A stretch of 64,000 nucleotides of DNA from the human T2T-CHM13v2.0 reference genome, Homo sapiens: NCBI RefSeq assembly GCF_009914755.1, contig NC_060927.1; one strand, given 5' to 3'. Of this stretch, positions 12,714 through 39,189 are shown piece after piece (position 1 is the stretch's first letter; each line of letters opens with the position of its first letter). The position numbers were made by a program, and so were the translations under genes. The notes beneath the pieces are model-generated. The model made no database searches and was not told the DNA's origin. It worked only from the letters and a program-made list of their open reading frames with translations.

Positions 12714-15034
12714 TGTATTAGTCCATTTTTATGATGCTGATAAAGACAAACCCAAGACTGGGCAATTTACATAAGAAAGAGGTTTAATGGACTTACAGCT
12801 CCACATGGCTGGAGAGGCTTCATGATCATGGTGGAAGGCAGGGAAGACCAAGTCACATCTTACATGGATGACAGAAGGCAAAAAGAGAGAGAGCTTTGAA
12901 GGGAAATTCCCATTTTAAAAACCATCAGATCTCGTGAGACTTATTCACTATCATGAGAACAGCATGGGAAAGACCCTCCTGCATGATTCAGTTATCCCCT
13001 ACTGGGTCCCTCCTACAACACATAGGAAATATGGGAGCTACAAGATGAAAATTGGGTGTGGACACAGAGACAAACCATATCATTCCACCTCTGGCCCCTC
13101 CCAAATCCCATGGGATTCACATTTTGAAACCAATCATGCCTTCCCAACGGTCCCCCAAAGTCTTAACTCATTTCAGCATTAACTCAAAAGTCTACAGTCC
13201 AAACTCCCATCTAAGACAAGGCAAGTTTCTTCCACTTATGAGCCTGTAAAATCAAAAGCAATTTAGTTACTTCCTAGATACAATGGTGGGTACAGACATT
13301 GGGTAAATTCAACCATTCCAAATGGGAGAAAATGGCCAAAACAAAGGGGCTGCAGGCCCCATGCAAGTCTGAAATCCAGTGAGGCCGTCAAATCTTAAAG
13401 CTTCAAAAGGATCTCCTTTGAATCCATGTCTCATATCCAGGTCATGCTGATGCAAGAGGTGGGTTCCCATGGTCTTGGGCAGCTCTGCCCCTGTGGCTTT
13501 GCAGGGTACAGCCTCCCTCCTGGCGGCCTTCATGGGCTGGCATTCAGTGTCTGTGGCTTCTCCAGATGCACAGGGCAAGCTGTCAGTGGCTCTACCATTC
13601 TGAGGTCTGGAGGATGGTGGCTGTCTTCTCACAGCTCCCCAAGGAAGTGTCCCAGTTGGAACTCTGTGTGGGACCTCCGATCCCACGTTTCCCTTCCACA
13701 CTGTCCTGGCAGAGGTTCTCCATGAGGGCCCTGCCCCTATAGCAAACTTCCGCCTGGGTATCCAGGCATTTCCATACACCTTCTGAAATCAAGACAGAGG
13801 TTCCCAAACCTCAATTCTTGACTACTGTGTACCTAAGGGCTCAACACCATGTGGAAGATGCCAAGGCTTTGGGCTTCCACCCTCTGAAGAAACAGACCAA
13901 GCAATACATTGCCCCCTTTTAGTCATGGCTGGAATGGCTGGGACACAGGGCACCAAGTCTCCAGACTGCACACAGCAGAGGCACTCGGGGCTCGGCCCAT
14001 GAAACCATTTTTCCCTAGGCCTCTGGGCCTGTTATGGGAGGGGCTGTCATGAAGACCTCTGACGTGCCCTGGAGATATTTTCCCCACTGTCTTGGGCATT
14101 AACTTTCAGTTCTTTGTTATTTGTGCAAATTTCTGCAGCCAGCTTGAATTTCTCTTCAGAAAATGGGATTCTTTTCTATCACATTGTCAGGCTGCAAATT
14201 TTCCAAACTTTTATGCTCTGCTTCCCTTATGAAATAGAATGCCTTTAACAGCACCCAAGTCATTTTTTGTATGCTTTGCTGCTTAGAGATTTATTCTGTC
14301 AGGTACCCTAAATCATCTCTCTCAAGTTCAAAGTTCCACAAATTTCCTGGGCAGGGGTAAAATGCCACCAGTCTCTTTGCTAATACATAGCAAGAGTAAC
14401 CTTTGCTCCGGTTCCCAAGAAGTTCTTCATCTGCATCTGAGACCATCTCAGCCTAGATTTCATTCTCCATATCATTATCAGCATTTTAATCAAAGCCATT
14501 CAACAAATCTCCAGGGAATTCTAAACTTTCCCACATTTTTCTTTCTTCTGAGCGCTCCAAACTCTTCCTGTTATCTAGTTCCAATGTCACTTCCACATTT
14601 TTGGGTATCTTCAGCAGCACCCAAGTCTCCTGGTACCAATTTACTGTATTAGTCCATTTTCACACACAGATAAAGGCAAACGTGAGACTGGGCAATTGAG
14701 ACTTGAAATGTGGCCAAAAAAAAAAAAAAAAAAAGGCTTAATGTACTTATGGTTCCACATGGCTGCGGAGACCTCAAAATCATGGTGGAAACTAAGGAGG
14801 AGCAAGTCACATCTTACATGGATGACAGCAGGCAAAGAGAAAGCGCTTGTGCAGGGAAACTCCCATTTTAAAACCATCAGATCTTGTGAGACTTATTCAC
14901 TAGAATGAGAACAGCATGGGAAAGACCCACCCCCATGAATCAATTATCTCCCACCAGATTCCTTCCCCAACATATCGGGAGTATAGGAGCTACAAGATGA
15001 GATTTGGGTGGGGACACAGTGCCAAACCATATCA
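12714..15034 (-). mobile_element. Full-length THE1 (A/B-like) MaLR element: LTR 12714-13082, internal 13083-14644, LTR 14645-15034
   Basis: Two tgtattagtcc...aaaccatatca LTRs; polypurine tract next to the left LTR; THE1-int-like ORF fragments (13309-13779). Confidence 0.93.
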
Positions 15035-15305
15035 TTATATATTTACATAAGTTTGTATATACGCATGCTTGTTTGTTTGTATGCCTGCATACATTTAATT
15101 TGCACTCCAGTTACATTTTGGGGAGTTGCTTATGTAATCTTTGATTGGATTTGATTACAATCCTACTTCATTAATAAAATCTGCAGAATTAGGCTGTGTC
15201 CCTAAAACCCCATTAATTCCCTACCTCATATTCTAGTCCTTCTCAAACATGGATGTCTACCCAATAATTCACTTGTTGTCCTCAATTTTAGAATTTATTG
15301 ATCTT

Positions 15306-21489
<6,184 letters not shown>

Positions 21490-23878
21490 AGAATTTATTG
21501 ATCTTTCTACAAATACTGAATTCTGTGTCTTATACTATTCATCTAAGTTTTTGGAGCATAATTTTGGCTCTTAGTTTAGCTTCAGGCAAGGGATATGTGT
21601 GATTCTAAGTCACTTGTGTTCCTAGTTCTATGTTGCTGAGATTCTGTATTTGTCAAATTATTATTTTCTGCCTACCAGTTTTCATATTACGAAGTGATAT
21701 GGGGACATACATGTTCATATATACATATGTGCTCACAGGCCTTGTGGGTAAAGGAGTGAGCATGTATCTCTCCTTGTACCTCAATTGATAAACCTATTTT
21801 CAAAAGCTCTGCTTATCGTTAATAAAGTAAATATTGACATTAATGTGTAACTAAAATTGATCATGGTCTATTTCCTTCCTATTACAAAAAATGTTAAATT
21901 ATTATTATGAACAGAATGAAATGAATTACATCTAGTGCAAAAATAAGTTAACTCCATATTATTACTACTGAAACTACCCTGAAGAAGATATAATAAATAA
22001 CTAAATTTAGAGTTTTTAATAGTCTATTTCTTTTAGACTCCTTGAAATAGCCTTTCACATTCAGTAATGCCGCCAAGGAGTTATATGGCTTTTGAAGTCA
22101 AAATATTCATTTTCAGTCATTTAAAAATATCACCACAGATGAAAATAAGTACAGTTTAATGCTTTTGATAAGCAAAGTTTTAAAAGGTTATAAAAATTTA
22201 TATTCTTCCCTTTACAAAAATTTTAACAAAGTATGTAAGAAAACTTAAGTTGATTCTAACTTTGAAGGTGTTAATCTAAACTGAAATCTTAAGACCCTTT
22301 TCAGCAATGCTTTGGGCTTTGTTAATTTTTATGTCAAATTAATCTTCTGTCCTTTAAAAAATTATCCAAGTGCAATTTGTTGTATCCCAGGTTTAGACTT
22401 TTACATTTTAATTATATTTTGCTTTGATATAAAAAGAAACTATTGTCTTAAAACTTATTTTATATGTTACTTTTTAAAAATATAATTATTTGACGTAAGA
22501 CTCATAGATTAAAATTTTAGAGAGATATTCAGACTGTTTTTAATGAGCATCTATATTCCCTAAAAGGTATTTATGTGTTATGCTGACCATGGTGGGAGTA
22601 TAGTGACTCCTAGAAATACTAGAAGTTAGAAGGAACAATTCTATCAAGCTTTGGTGAATTTCATTCAGGCAATAACATTTTCTATTAAGATTTCATGTAG
22701 AAATAGCAAATAAGTGAGTTACCTGATTTATTATTCTTACATAGGTTAAAGTTTATTGCTTTTTTTTCTGCAGCCCTAATTCCCTATTTCTTCTCACATG
22801 TAGTAAAAGACGAGGTTTTTTTTCTTTTTCTTTTTTTGCATGTTTCCATCTAGTAAACATTAAAAATAATAGAATAAAAATTAAAACATATAAATTGTTA
22901 TGAAGAAATTTTATTTAGAAAACATATAATTTCAAAAGAACTAACAAAATGTTCTTCAAATAAAACAAAAAAGGGAAAAATGTACGTACATATTTCCTAT
23001 TTGAATGGAATCATAACTGAAATTTACCAAGAAATGCTTTCAGTAATTAGCCTATGATCTATGGTCATTGTTAAGTTCTTCAAAAAGAAAAAAGACAAAG
23101 ATTACTGTGCCAAACATTACTTCTTCTATTCTTGGCTTAGAAATATGGTTATGGTAACATACTGATAACCAATCTTCTTCATTAAAATAGTGAGGACAAT
23201 GAGTAAATGAGCATAACTCATCATTTGCCTTTCTTTTGACTAAGCTAAACAATTTCATCTTTTATATTCATATAGATTTTTAGAGGCTTTTGGTTTAAAT
23301 TCTATATAGTCTTCACATACACATGATTATGAAGCCAACCAATTATAAAATAAAAACCAAACCCTGTGTCACAGCATATTTCTGGATTCCTAGAGCCCTG
23401 GGAATCATGTTCAAGTCAAAAAGTCTAAGAAAATCATTGGAATACTTTATGTAGGCATTGATCTCACCCTGATAATCATGCTTGATCAGAGCATTTTCCA
23501 ATAGAAGTGTAACCTGAGCCATATATGTAATTTTTAAAATCAACTTTAATACTATTTTGTGTTTAGCCTAATATGTTATATTTTTAAATCAAGACATAAA
23601 ACAAGATGATTTCTAAAATACTAATTCTTTGAAATCTACTTTATATTTTATATGTACAGCTTATTTTAATTCAGATACTAAATTTTCATCGGAAGCATTT
23701 TATGTGTATTTAGATTTTATGAATTTACGTTTGAAAAAGTAATTTCACATACACGAGTTGTTGCAAATATACTCAAAAGTTTTCCAATAAATGAATCAAT
23801 ATGAAGAAAAAAATTTTGCTTTAGTATTTGTATCCACATGAACAAAATGAGTTTCAGTTTTAAAATGAAATTTAAGTT

Positions 23879-26115
<2,237 letters not shown>

Positions 26116-26636
26116 GAAATTTAACTTAGAGGCAAATGTGTAACAGTTCCAAAAATACCGCTTCCTAAGTTAAATCAATCTACTGACTGTGTCAACTCAG
26201 TAGCATTAACATTAAATTTAAATAGGCATTTGATAAATTAAAATCAACTGTTTATTAATATCAGCAAAGCATTCCTCAAAGTTTTCTTAGAAAAAAAGTA
26301 GTTTTGCAGCCAATTTACATGACACTGTCAATTACAATAAACACCTTCTACATATTTATCCTGTTAGAGGAATATGTTATTATCATAGATTTGTATTGTG
26401 AAAAATTTCAATTTCTACTAAATTTAGCTTCATATTAGTTAACATATATTGTGATATTGGTGAGAAAGCATAAATCACTTGAATTTCGGGGGGTCTTAAC
26501 TATCGAATATTGGCATGCATTTCTCTTGTTTCAAGGAAATATTTAATTGGAAATTACAGTACAGAAAATCTGTGTGAAACTTTTTGCCATTCAAACAACA
26601 ATCATTGGTAGAGAACACAGTATCATTAAGTTAATT

Positions 26637-26922
26637 GGCTGGGCACGATGGCTCAGGCCTGTAATCCCAGCACTCTGAGAGGCTGAGAAGGGTGGATCAC
26701 TTGAGGCCAGGAGTTCGAGGCCAGCCTGGCCAATATGGTGAAACCCCATCTCTACCAAAAATACAAAAATTAGCCGGGCATGGTGGCACATGCCTGTAAT
26801 CCTAACTACTAGGGTGGCTGAGGCAAGATAATCGCTTAAACTGGGAGGCAGAGATTGCAGAAAACTGAGATTGCCCCACTGCACTCCAGCCTGGGTGACA
26901 GAGTGAGACTCTGTCTCAAAAA
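26637..26922 (+). mobile_element. AluS (Sx/Sz-like)
   Basis: Full dimer; near-TSD gttaattg. Confidence 0.92.
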
Positions 26923-27789
26923 GAACCCCAAAAATGTTAATTGACTGCCTTCTTTTTCTTTCAAAATTTGCATAACCTGTTGATGATTTATACACTTGCA
27001 TACACATATTAAATGGTTTTAACAACTGAACATCCATGAAACTTTTCATTAAGTTTGATCAGAAAATGTATGGATATTTTCAGTGTGTTTCTAATAGCAG
27101 AACAAAATGTGAAGAGGAATGCAGTCTGTTTTAGAATTCTAATTAATAGAAAATTTTGTCTAGTTGGAGCTGAGGACCAACCGTTGTGATAGAAAATAAC
27201 ATCTTTATATCTAGCAGATTATCTTCTTTGACATATGTGAATGACATAATATATGACAAAAGTTGAATAAGCCACAAATTGACAGCATTTCTTTGCAAAA
27301 ATTGAAATAAAACATAACCGATGTATTAATTGAAGAGTGCTTTTTATTTCATGTTTCATTTTAGGCTAAAGAAAAATACTTATATTATTTCAATATTCGA
27401 ATCAATTGATTTTTGATATTAGTAGAAAGATCTTGTATACTATAGACAATTGTTTGATAGCTTTATGAGACCTTTTGTTTTGTAAAATATTATTTTCTGG
27501 TCTTTTCCTGATAAGTTTTTGAAAAGTTTGAAAAGTTTTCCACACCTGAAATAATAACAATTTTTTTATCATTATTATTACACTTTAAGTGTTAGGGTAC
27601 ATGTGCACATTGTGCAGGTTAGTTACATATGTATACCTGTGCCATGCTGGTGCGCTGCACCCACTAACTCGTCATCTACCATTAGGTATATCTCCCAATG
27701 CTATCCCTTCCCCCTCCCCCCACCCCACAACAGTCCCCAGAGTGTGATGTTCCCCTTCCCGTGTCCATGTGTTCTCATTGTTCAATTCC

Positions 27790-31612
<3,823 letters not shown>

Positions 31613-31675
31613 TATGATGTTAGCTGGTTATTTTGCTCATTAGTTGATGCAGTTTCTTCCTAGTCTTGATGGTCT

Positions 31676-32692
31676 TTACATTTTGCTATGATTTTGCAGC
31701 GGCTGGTACCGGTTGTTCCTTTCCATGTTTAGCGCTTCCTTCAGGAGCTCTTTTACGGCAGGCCTGGTGGTGACAAAATCTCTCAGCATTTGCTTGTCTC
31801 TAAAGTATTTTATTTCTCCTTCACTTATGAAGCTTAGTTTGGCTGGATATGAAATTCTGGGTTGAAAATTCTTTCCTTTAAGAATGTTGAATATTGGCTC
31901 CCAGTCTCTTCTGGCTTGTAGGGTTTCTGCCGAGAGATCCGCTGTTAGTCTGATGGGCTTCCCTTTGAGGGTAACCCGACCTTTCTCTCTGGCTGCCCTT
32001 AACATTTTTTCCTTCATTTCAACTTTGGTGAATCTGACAATTATGTGTCTTGGAGTTGCTCTTCTCGAGGAGTATCTTTGTGGCGTTCTCTGTATTTCCT
32101 GAATCTGAATGTTGGCCTGCCTTGCTAGATTGGGGAAGTTCTCCTGGATAATATCCTGCAGAGTGTTTTCCAACTTGGTTCCATTCTCCCCGTCACTTTC
32201 AGGTACACCAATCAGACGTAGATTTGGTCTTTTCACATAGTCCCATATTTCTTGGAGGCTTTGCTCGTTTCTTTTTATTCTTTTTTCTCTAAACTTCCCT
32301 TCTCACTTCATTTCATTCATTTCATCTTCCATCGCTGATACCCTTTCTTCTAGTTGATTGCATTGGCTCCTGAGGCTTCTGCATTCTTCACGTAGTTCTC
32401 CAGCCTTGGTTTTCAGCTCCAACAGCTCCTTTAAGCACTTCTCTGTATTGGTTATTCTAGTTACACATTCTTCTAAATATTTTTCAAAGTTTTCAATTTC
32501 TTTGCCTTTGGTTTGAATGTCCTCCCATAGCTCGGAGTAATTTGATCGTCTGAAGCCTTCTTCTCTCAGCTCGTCAAAGTCATTCTCCGTCCACCTTTGT
32601 TCCGTTGCTGGTGAGGAACTGCGTTCCTTTGGAGGAGGAGAGGCGCTCTGCTTTTTAGAGTTTTCAGTTTTTCTGCTCTGTTTTTTCCCCAT
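31676..32692 (-). pseudogene. L1 ORF1 (338 codons) with one in-frame stop at codon 130
   Basis: Span 1017 nt; ORF-track pieces 32303-32692 and 31676-32236 are in frame; the intervening 22 codons are open. Confidence 0.9.
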
Positions 32693-33147
32693 CTTTGTGG
32701 TTTTATCTACTTTTGGTCTTTGATGATGGTGATGTACAGATGGGTTTTTGGTGTGGATGTCCTTTCTGTTTGTTAGTTTTCCTTCTAACAGACAGGACCC
32801 TCAGTTGCAGGTCTGTTGGAGTACCCGGCTGTGTGAGGTGTCAGTCTGCCCCTGCTGGGGGGTGCCTCCCAGTTAGGCTGCTCATGTGTCAGGGGTCAGG
32901 GACCCACTTGAGGAGTCAGTCTTCCCATTCTCAGATCTCCAGCTGCATGCTGGGAGAACCACTGCTCTCTTCAAAGCTGTCAGACAGGGACATTTAAGTC
33001 TGCAGAGGATACTGCTGTCTTTTTGTTTGTGTGTGCCCTGCCCCCAGAGGTGGAGCCTACAGAGGCAGGCAGGCCTCCTTGAGCTGTGGTGGGCTCCACC
33101 CAGTTCGAGCTTCCCAGCTGCTTTGTTTATCTAAGCAAGCCTGGGCA

Positions 33148-33340
33148 ATGGCGGGCACCCCTCCCGCAGCCTCGCTGCCACCTTGCAGTTTGATCTCAGA
33201 CTGCTGTGCTAGCAATCAGTGAGACTCCATGGGCGTAGCATCCTACGAGCCAGGTGTGGGATATAATCTCCTGATGTGCCATTTTTTAAGCCCATCAGAA
33301 AAGCACAGTATTCGGGTGGAAGTGACCCGATTTTCCAGGT
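33148..33340 (+). promoter_or_regulatory. L1 antisense-promoter region with truncated ORF0 (24 codons) and intact antisense splice donors
   Basis: ATG 33148 MAGTPPAASLPPCSLISDCCASNQ*; donors cag|gtgtgg (33254) and cag|gtgccg (33339) at L1 positions 347 and 262. Confidence 0.6.
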
Positions 33341-33659
33341 GCCGTCTGTCGCCCCTTTCTTTGACTAGGAAAGGGAACTCCCTGACCCCTTGCACTTCCC
33401 AAGTGAGGCAATGCCTCGCCCTGCTTTGGCTCACGCACGATGCACGCACCCACTGACCCACGCCCAATGTCTGGCACTCCCTAGTGAGATGAACCCGGTA
33501 CCTCAGATGGAAATGCAGAAATCACCTGTCTTCTGCGTCCCTCATGCTGAGAGCTGTAGACCGGAGCTGTTCCTATTTGGCCATCTTGGTTCCGATCCCT
33601 ACCTGAAATAATAACTTATTTCAGGTATAATAATTTATTTAACCACCACTTCACCTAAA

Positions 33660-34048
33660 ACCTTACACACAGAGCCTGAATAGAATTTTATTTAAACACT
33701 ATTTAAAAATAAGTTAAAAATAATTTTGTGCATGAAACAAAGTTGCATACATTAAAACATGAGAAAGCAAAAGTGTCTATCTCAGCTACCGATCTGGATC
33801 ACTTCTGGTTATTTGACATCCCCATCATTCCTGACTGAATTTTTATGCTATAGATAAGCAATTATTTTCTTATACATATTCAGACATAAGTACTTAACAG
33901 TAAGAAATATGACATGCCATTAAGACAGTGGAAAAATAACGTGTCAGGTGTGGAATTTTCCACTCATGGTGTTATGTTGGCATTCAAAAACTTCAGATTT
34001 TGGAGAATTTTAGATTTCACATTTTTAGATTAGGGATGCTCAATCTGT
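33660..34048 (-). mobile_element. Tigger4/Zombi fragment
   Basis: ttttgtgcatgaaacaaag...gtgtcaggtgtggaattttccact...gattagggatgctcaatctgta terminus. Confidence 0.75.
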
Positions 34049-37000
34049 ACTAGCTTCTGTATCCCCACTCAATTCTGTAGCAGAAATAAGGTTTGTTTTA
34101 AATTTATAAATGTGACCATACTTTTTTACTTCAATGAGAAAAATAATTTAATTTGAAAGAAAATAAGTATAAGAAACACTTTAAAGTACTTAGTACTTAC
34201 AATTGCATTATCAAAATCTGAGAATTTACATAGATATCACTCTAATCTGCTATGTGAAATGTTCAAATACACACATTACAACATTAAATCATTGTGTTGA
34301 AAAGATTCATTTAAACTGAAACAATACAATGACATTTTCTAGAAGAGTGATGTATTTATGTGTAATACCAGAAACTGCTTATGCATCTGCCACATGAACT
34401 ACAACTATAAAATCTGGCAGAATGCAATGATCAAAGTGAAATGTAGCTATACCAAACCAATAAACTTGTGTTTAATCAAAAACTTATTTTACACAATTTG
34501 TTTTCAAATTTAAATAGTCAATTCAATAATATAAATTGAAAATTCCATTTTTCCATTGAACTGGCTACATTTCATGTGCTCAATATCAACTTACACCTAG
34601 TGACTAATATATTGAACAACACAGCTTTAGAGTAATGATACACATAAGTAGACATGCAAGATATCATTTTATAAATTAAATAGAGATGATTGCCAAGTTA
34701 TGTTGCCCTACTCACTAGAGTCACTTTTTAAATTCTTTTTCATTTGTTTTATAATCAAATACAGTTATTTTCACATGTTTGATATCAGACTCAGTCTTTG
34801 CTTTGCTTAGTCACTTTCGGAGATGATAAAGTATATATATTGGCATATGTTCTAAAAATCCATTGACACAAAGCACATCAAAATGCATAGAAAAATTCTT
34901 TGGAGACCGATACACCATAAGATGGGTTTATTATTTTGGAAAATCCAGTCAAAGCTTGGATTTGGAATTGATTTGGAAAGTAAATCCAAGGCTAGGTATG
35001 TGAGTCATGTAAGATGACACTATAGTCATTATACTGACTGAAGGGATCACATTCATTTCTTTCCAAAATGTAATATTTTGTATACAAAACCAACTGCAAA
35101 TATTGAGACTTAGTATCTAGAAAATACAAATGTAGCTGCTAAAGTGAGGTGGCTCGTTCTAGGAAATCAACTTAATAAGATGACAATTATATTATTACAA
35201 CCTTAAGAGCTCTCCAAGAGAATAAGTCACTAACAAAGACTGAAAATGTAAAAACAGTTCCCTGATCATTTTTTTAGAAGTGAAATATTGAGAAACTTCA
35301 TATTTCAATACAAATAATATGTGAACATCTTATTTTATATAGTCTACGTGTTCTCAATACTAAATACTAGTTCAAATTTTAAGACACAAACAGAGGATTT
35401 TAATACAACAGTTAGGTGCCTTCCCATTGAATTGATTCTCTGTATTTGCAGATTTTAAATAGCAGACTGATGGCAGAGAGGTTGAGAAAAGTGTTCTGCT
35501 TGCCTAAATTTATGATAAAACCAGTTCATAAAATTTACTTGTTTAAACTAATAAAAGTCAAGTAGTTTGGATAGTTGCAATAAGCAAAGTCCTCTCTTAG
35601 TAAATACTTGAATGGTAGCCTTCGACTTCATCTAGTTTGTATATTTTCACTTCTATTCACACAATGATTACCTGATAAGGCTATATTTAGGAAATATATT
35701 GCACTCTTTAAGGGAAAATTAACATTTATGAAAAGTATCCATTTGACTAAAGATCTTATGTGCTATGTATCAGGGAGTAATTTTGCATTTACAACACAGA
35801 ATTTCCGCTCTAACGATGTTCCAAAACTATTCCACCATGGCCACCCTGCAACCATTCTCTCAGTCTACACTCCTTTCCATTCCTGGAGTTTCAGTCTTTT
35901 CTTTATAAAACAAATTGTTTAAAAATTGCCTGGAAAATTTGATATAAATGACTTTGTGATAGTATTAAGTTATATATATAAGAGCTCATGAGAGGACTTG
36001 GATATAAAAATATCCAAATGAGTATGAAAGTACAGCAAGACTGCAGCGTCTCATACTTTTGTATAAAACAAACTTTTTAAAGGAGAGCTTAACTTTTATA
36101 TGTCTCACAAACTGTGGATAGGTGTTAACAAGAATACATTATTTTCAAAATCTGCAATAGTATAAAAGAGATGAATTTAAAAAGTCAAGGATGGCACTAG
36201 GTAGATAAGCAACCCAGATACAATAGGAAGGAATGAGACAAAATGTAAAAAACAACACTTACTAAGCTATTCAGTTATGTAAATGAAAAAAAGAACGTGT
36301 AAGGCTTCAATTCAAGTTTCTAGAAATGAATTGCCTAAAAGAGACAATGCATTTAAAGACCATTAAAAGAATATATAGCAAACAATATATGGCAACTAAA
36401 CTTATTTTAATTATGAGGTATTATTTTTAAGAAGATTAAAAAGTCCATAGCTGGACTAGAAGATGTAAAGATAAAACTGGAAGAAAAATATTAGTGTTGG
36501 CAGATGTCAAATAACTGCATTTATTCAACCAGAACTGATCATTATTTAGAGTGAAATGATCAATTATTGGAGTAAAATGCATTTTGTTTGCAAGAGAAAT
36601 AGAGATCATTCCACAAATTTGTCAAAATGTCAAAGTGTTTTTGAGAAAGTAACTGTAGCATTAAACAACTTCATGGAATTTAGAAATTAATGTATTTGAC
36701 ATAATTTTTCTGCTTTCTATCCACTGACTGCTGCTTGGCATGAGTGATGGCTAATGGATTAATTATAACCGTGAATTTAGGACAAAATCAAGTTTAATTG
36801 GCAAGATGACTTTCCTGGGTGTTTAAATCCCAAAACTGCATGCTTTGAAAAAAACAAAGTGGAACTTATTAACGAAACAATTGTGTTGCACAATTTGAAG
36901 AGGTTGTATATTTGGTATCATTTTTCTATAGATTACAATAAGCAATATACCATTCCATAGGTAGACTAAAATAAGAAATATATATAGGATATATATACAC

Positions 37001-38659
37001 AAATGCACATACATACATACATACATATGGGGGAGCTTATAAAAAAAGATACGCTTTTATGCTTTCTCTATATTTCACAGCACATATTCCACTCTTACTA
37101 TTTCTAATCCTTTTTCCACACTGTTAACTGAGAGGTGTGACTCATACAAGCCTGACCATATCTGTTCTACCAATGATATCACACTGCTTTTATGATAGAA
37201 TCAAAATGCCTCTGTACCATTTGCTCAGTTTATCATTTTAGGCTACATGGATTATTTTTCACTTTACACGTATTACTTCAGTTTGCTGTTTATATTTGTC
37301 ATACTGTTTCAGTTTATCTGATATTTCCTCTTTATCATCAGCATTTACTAATTCTTTCTTCTTGAAAGAGAGAGAAGGTAAAGCCATTTTCTCTCCCATC
37401 CTTCAACATTCCTGATCAATACCTAAACTTGTTCTACTTCTTATTTCCCTGTAGGGAGGTTCCTGATCACCGCCCCAGATGTGGTTTCTCTTCCATATGG
37501 GATGGTAACAATGTTTACTTCTTCCATTAAATACATTTTTCTGCTTAATCCTCTAGATTTTATGCTATATGGTTTTCTATGATTTGATCACCATTATATT
37601 TCCAAAAGAAGCACACTGCTTATTTTCAATAAATGCTTATATAACAAATAATGAATTTAAAAAATCACAATCCTAGAAGTCTCAGAAATATCTATTCAAT
37701 TCTGGGGTTTTACTATCAAACTATGGGTAAGTAAAATAAAGCACAGCTAGATATTTTGAGGGTTAAGGAAATGAGTTTAGATAGATAAAACCACATTGTT
37801 TTAGTGACAACAGTAACATCTTTGTAGTCTATGAATCTTATGTTTTTCCAGTGATGATACCACTCAATTTTAAACACATGAACTTTACTATGTGTTTTTA
37901 TTCTTCTGACATCTTTTATTTCTTTTTATGTGCAATTGTAGCAGAAGGTATCTAAAGAAATACCAAAAATGGAGAAGATACGTAAACTAGTAAATGCAGT
38001 ATATCTGAAACAAAGCTAATAATATGAAAAGAGACCATTTGAGACAGAGCAGGCTAATATTTATTAATTCAAATTCAATGTTATCACCATTATTGAGTGT
38101 CTTTAAAAGTGAAAGTATGGATAGATAGCTAGATCAATTAATAGGTTTACATTTATGTGGATTGTAGGTCCATTGGCCCTTAAAAATTTCAATGTGTAAA
38201 AATAAAATTTTAGATGGTAATTTAACTATAGTTCAATTGGAAACTATTAATTCCAAAAATGTAAATTTAGAATAAAATTAAAAGAATAGTACAAGATCAT
38301 GCTACATCTTTTTCTCAACTTTTATTTATTATTGTATTAAATTATACAATTAAAATATAAAGTATTTCCACATGACTCTTAACTTTATGTACAATCTGTT
38401 CAAGTAGTTTTTCAGCCAATAAAATGAAGCTGACAAATCTATTTGCTTCAGAAAATCCAGAAAATCAGAACCAAAGATATAACACACACAAAAAAGTCAT
38501 TTTATTGTGAGGAGCAAATAAGACTTGCATAAAAATTTAAGTATATTAATAACTCATATTTAACAATGACTGGTTAAATTAGTTGAAGTTATGTTGCTAG
38601 CTAGAGATGTTGAATCCAGTGAAGAAAACTAATTGAAATTGTTAATTTTATTCTAGTAA

Positions 38660-39010
<351 letters not shown>

Positions 39011-39189
39011 TGGGGTTGAATTTCTAAGGTAAATAATTTAAGGAGAACTTAAATAAGTATGGATTTTTTATAAGGGTTTAGTGGTTTAAGTTAGTTAGCT
39101 AATAGAAATGTTCACCACTGAAAAATTCTTAAGTTTAGGAAAAAATGTCAATACATCCATTGTAGAATATTCCTTATGTTCCAGGAGGT

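Noticed and set aside
13309-13807. Overlapping ORFs in THE1 and MST internal regions (also 43523-44081)
   Set aside because: Decayed MaLR internal sequence
12983-14946. DUX4 sites in the THE1 LTRs
   Set aside because: Both positions deviate from the TAATTGAATCA-type site (TAACTGAATCA, TAATTGATTCA); binding cannot be claimed from sequence
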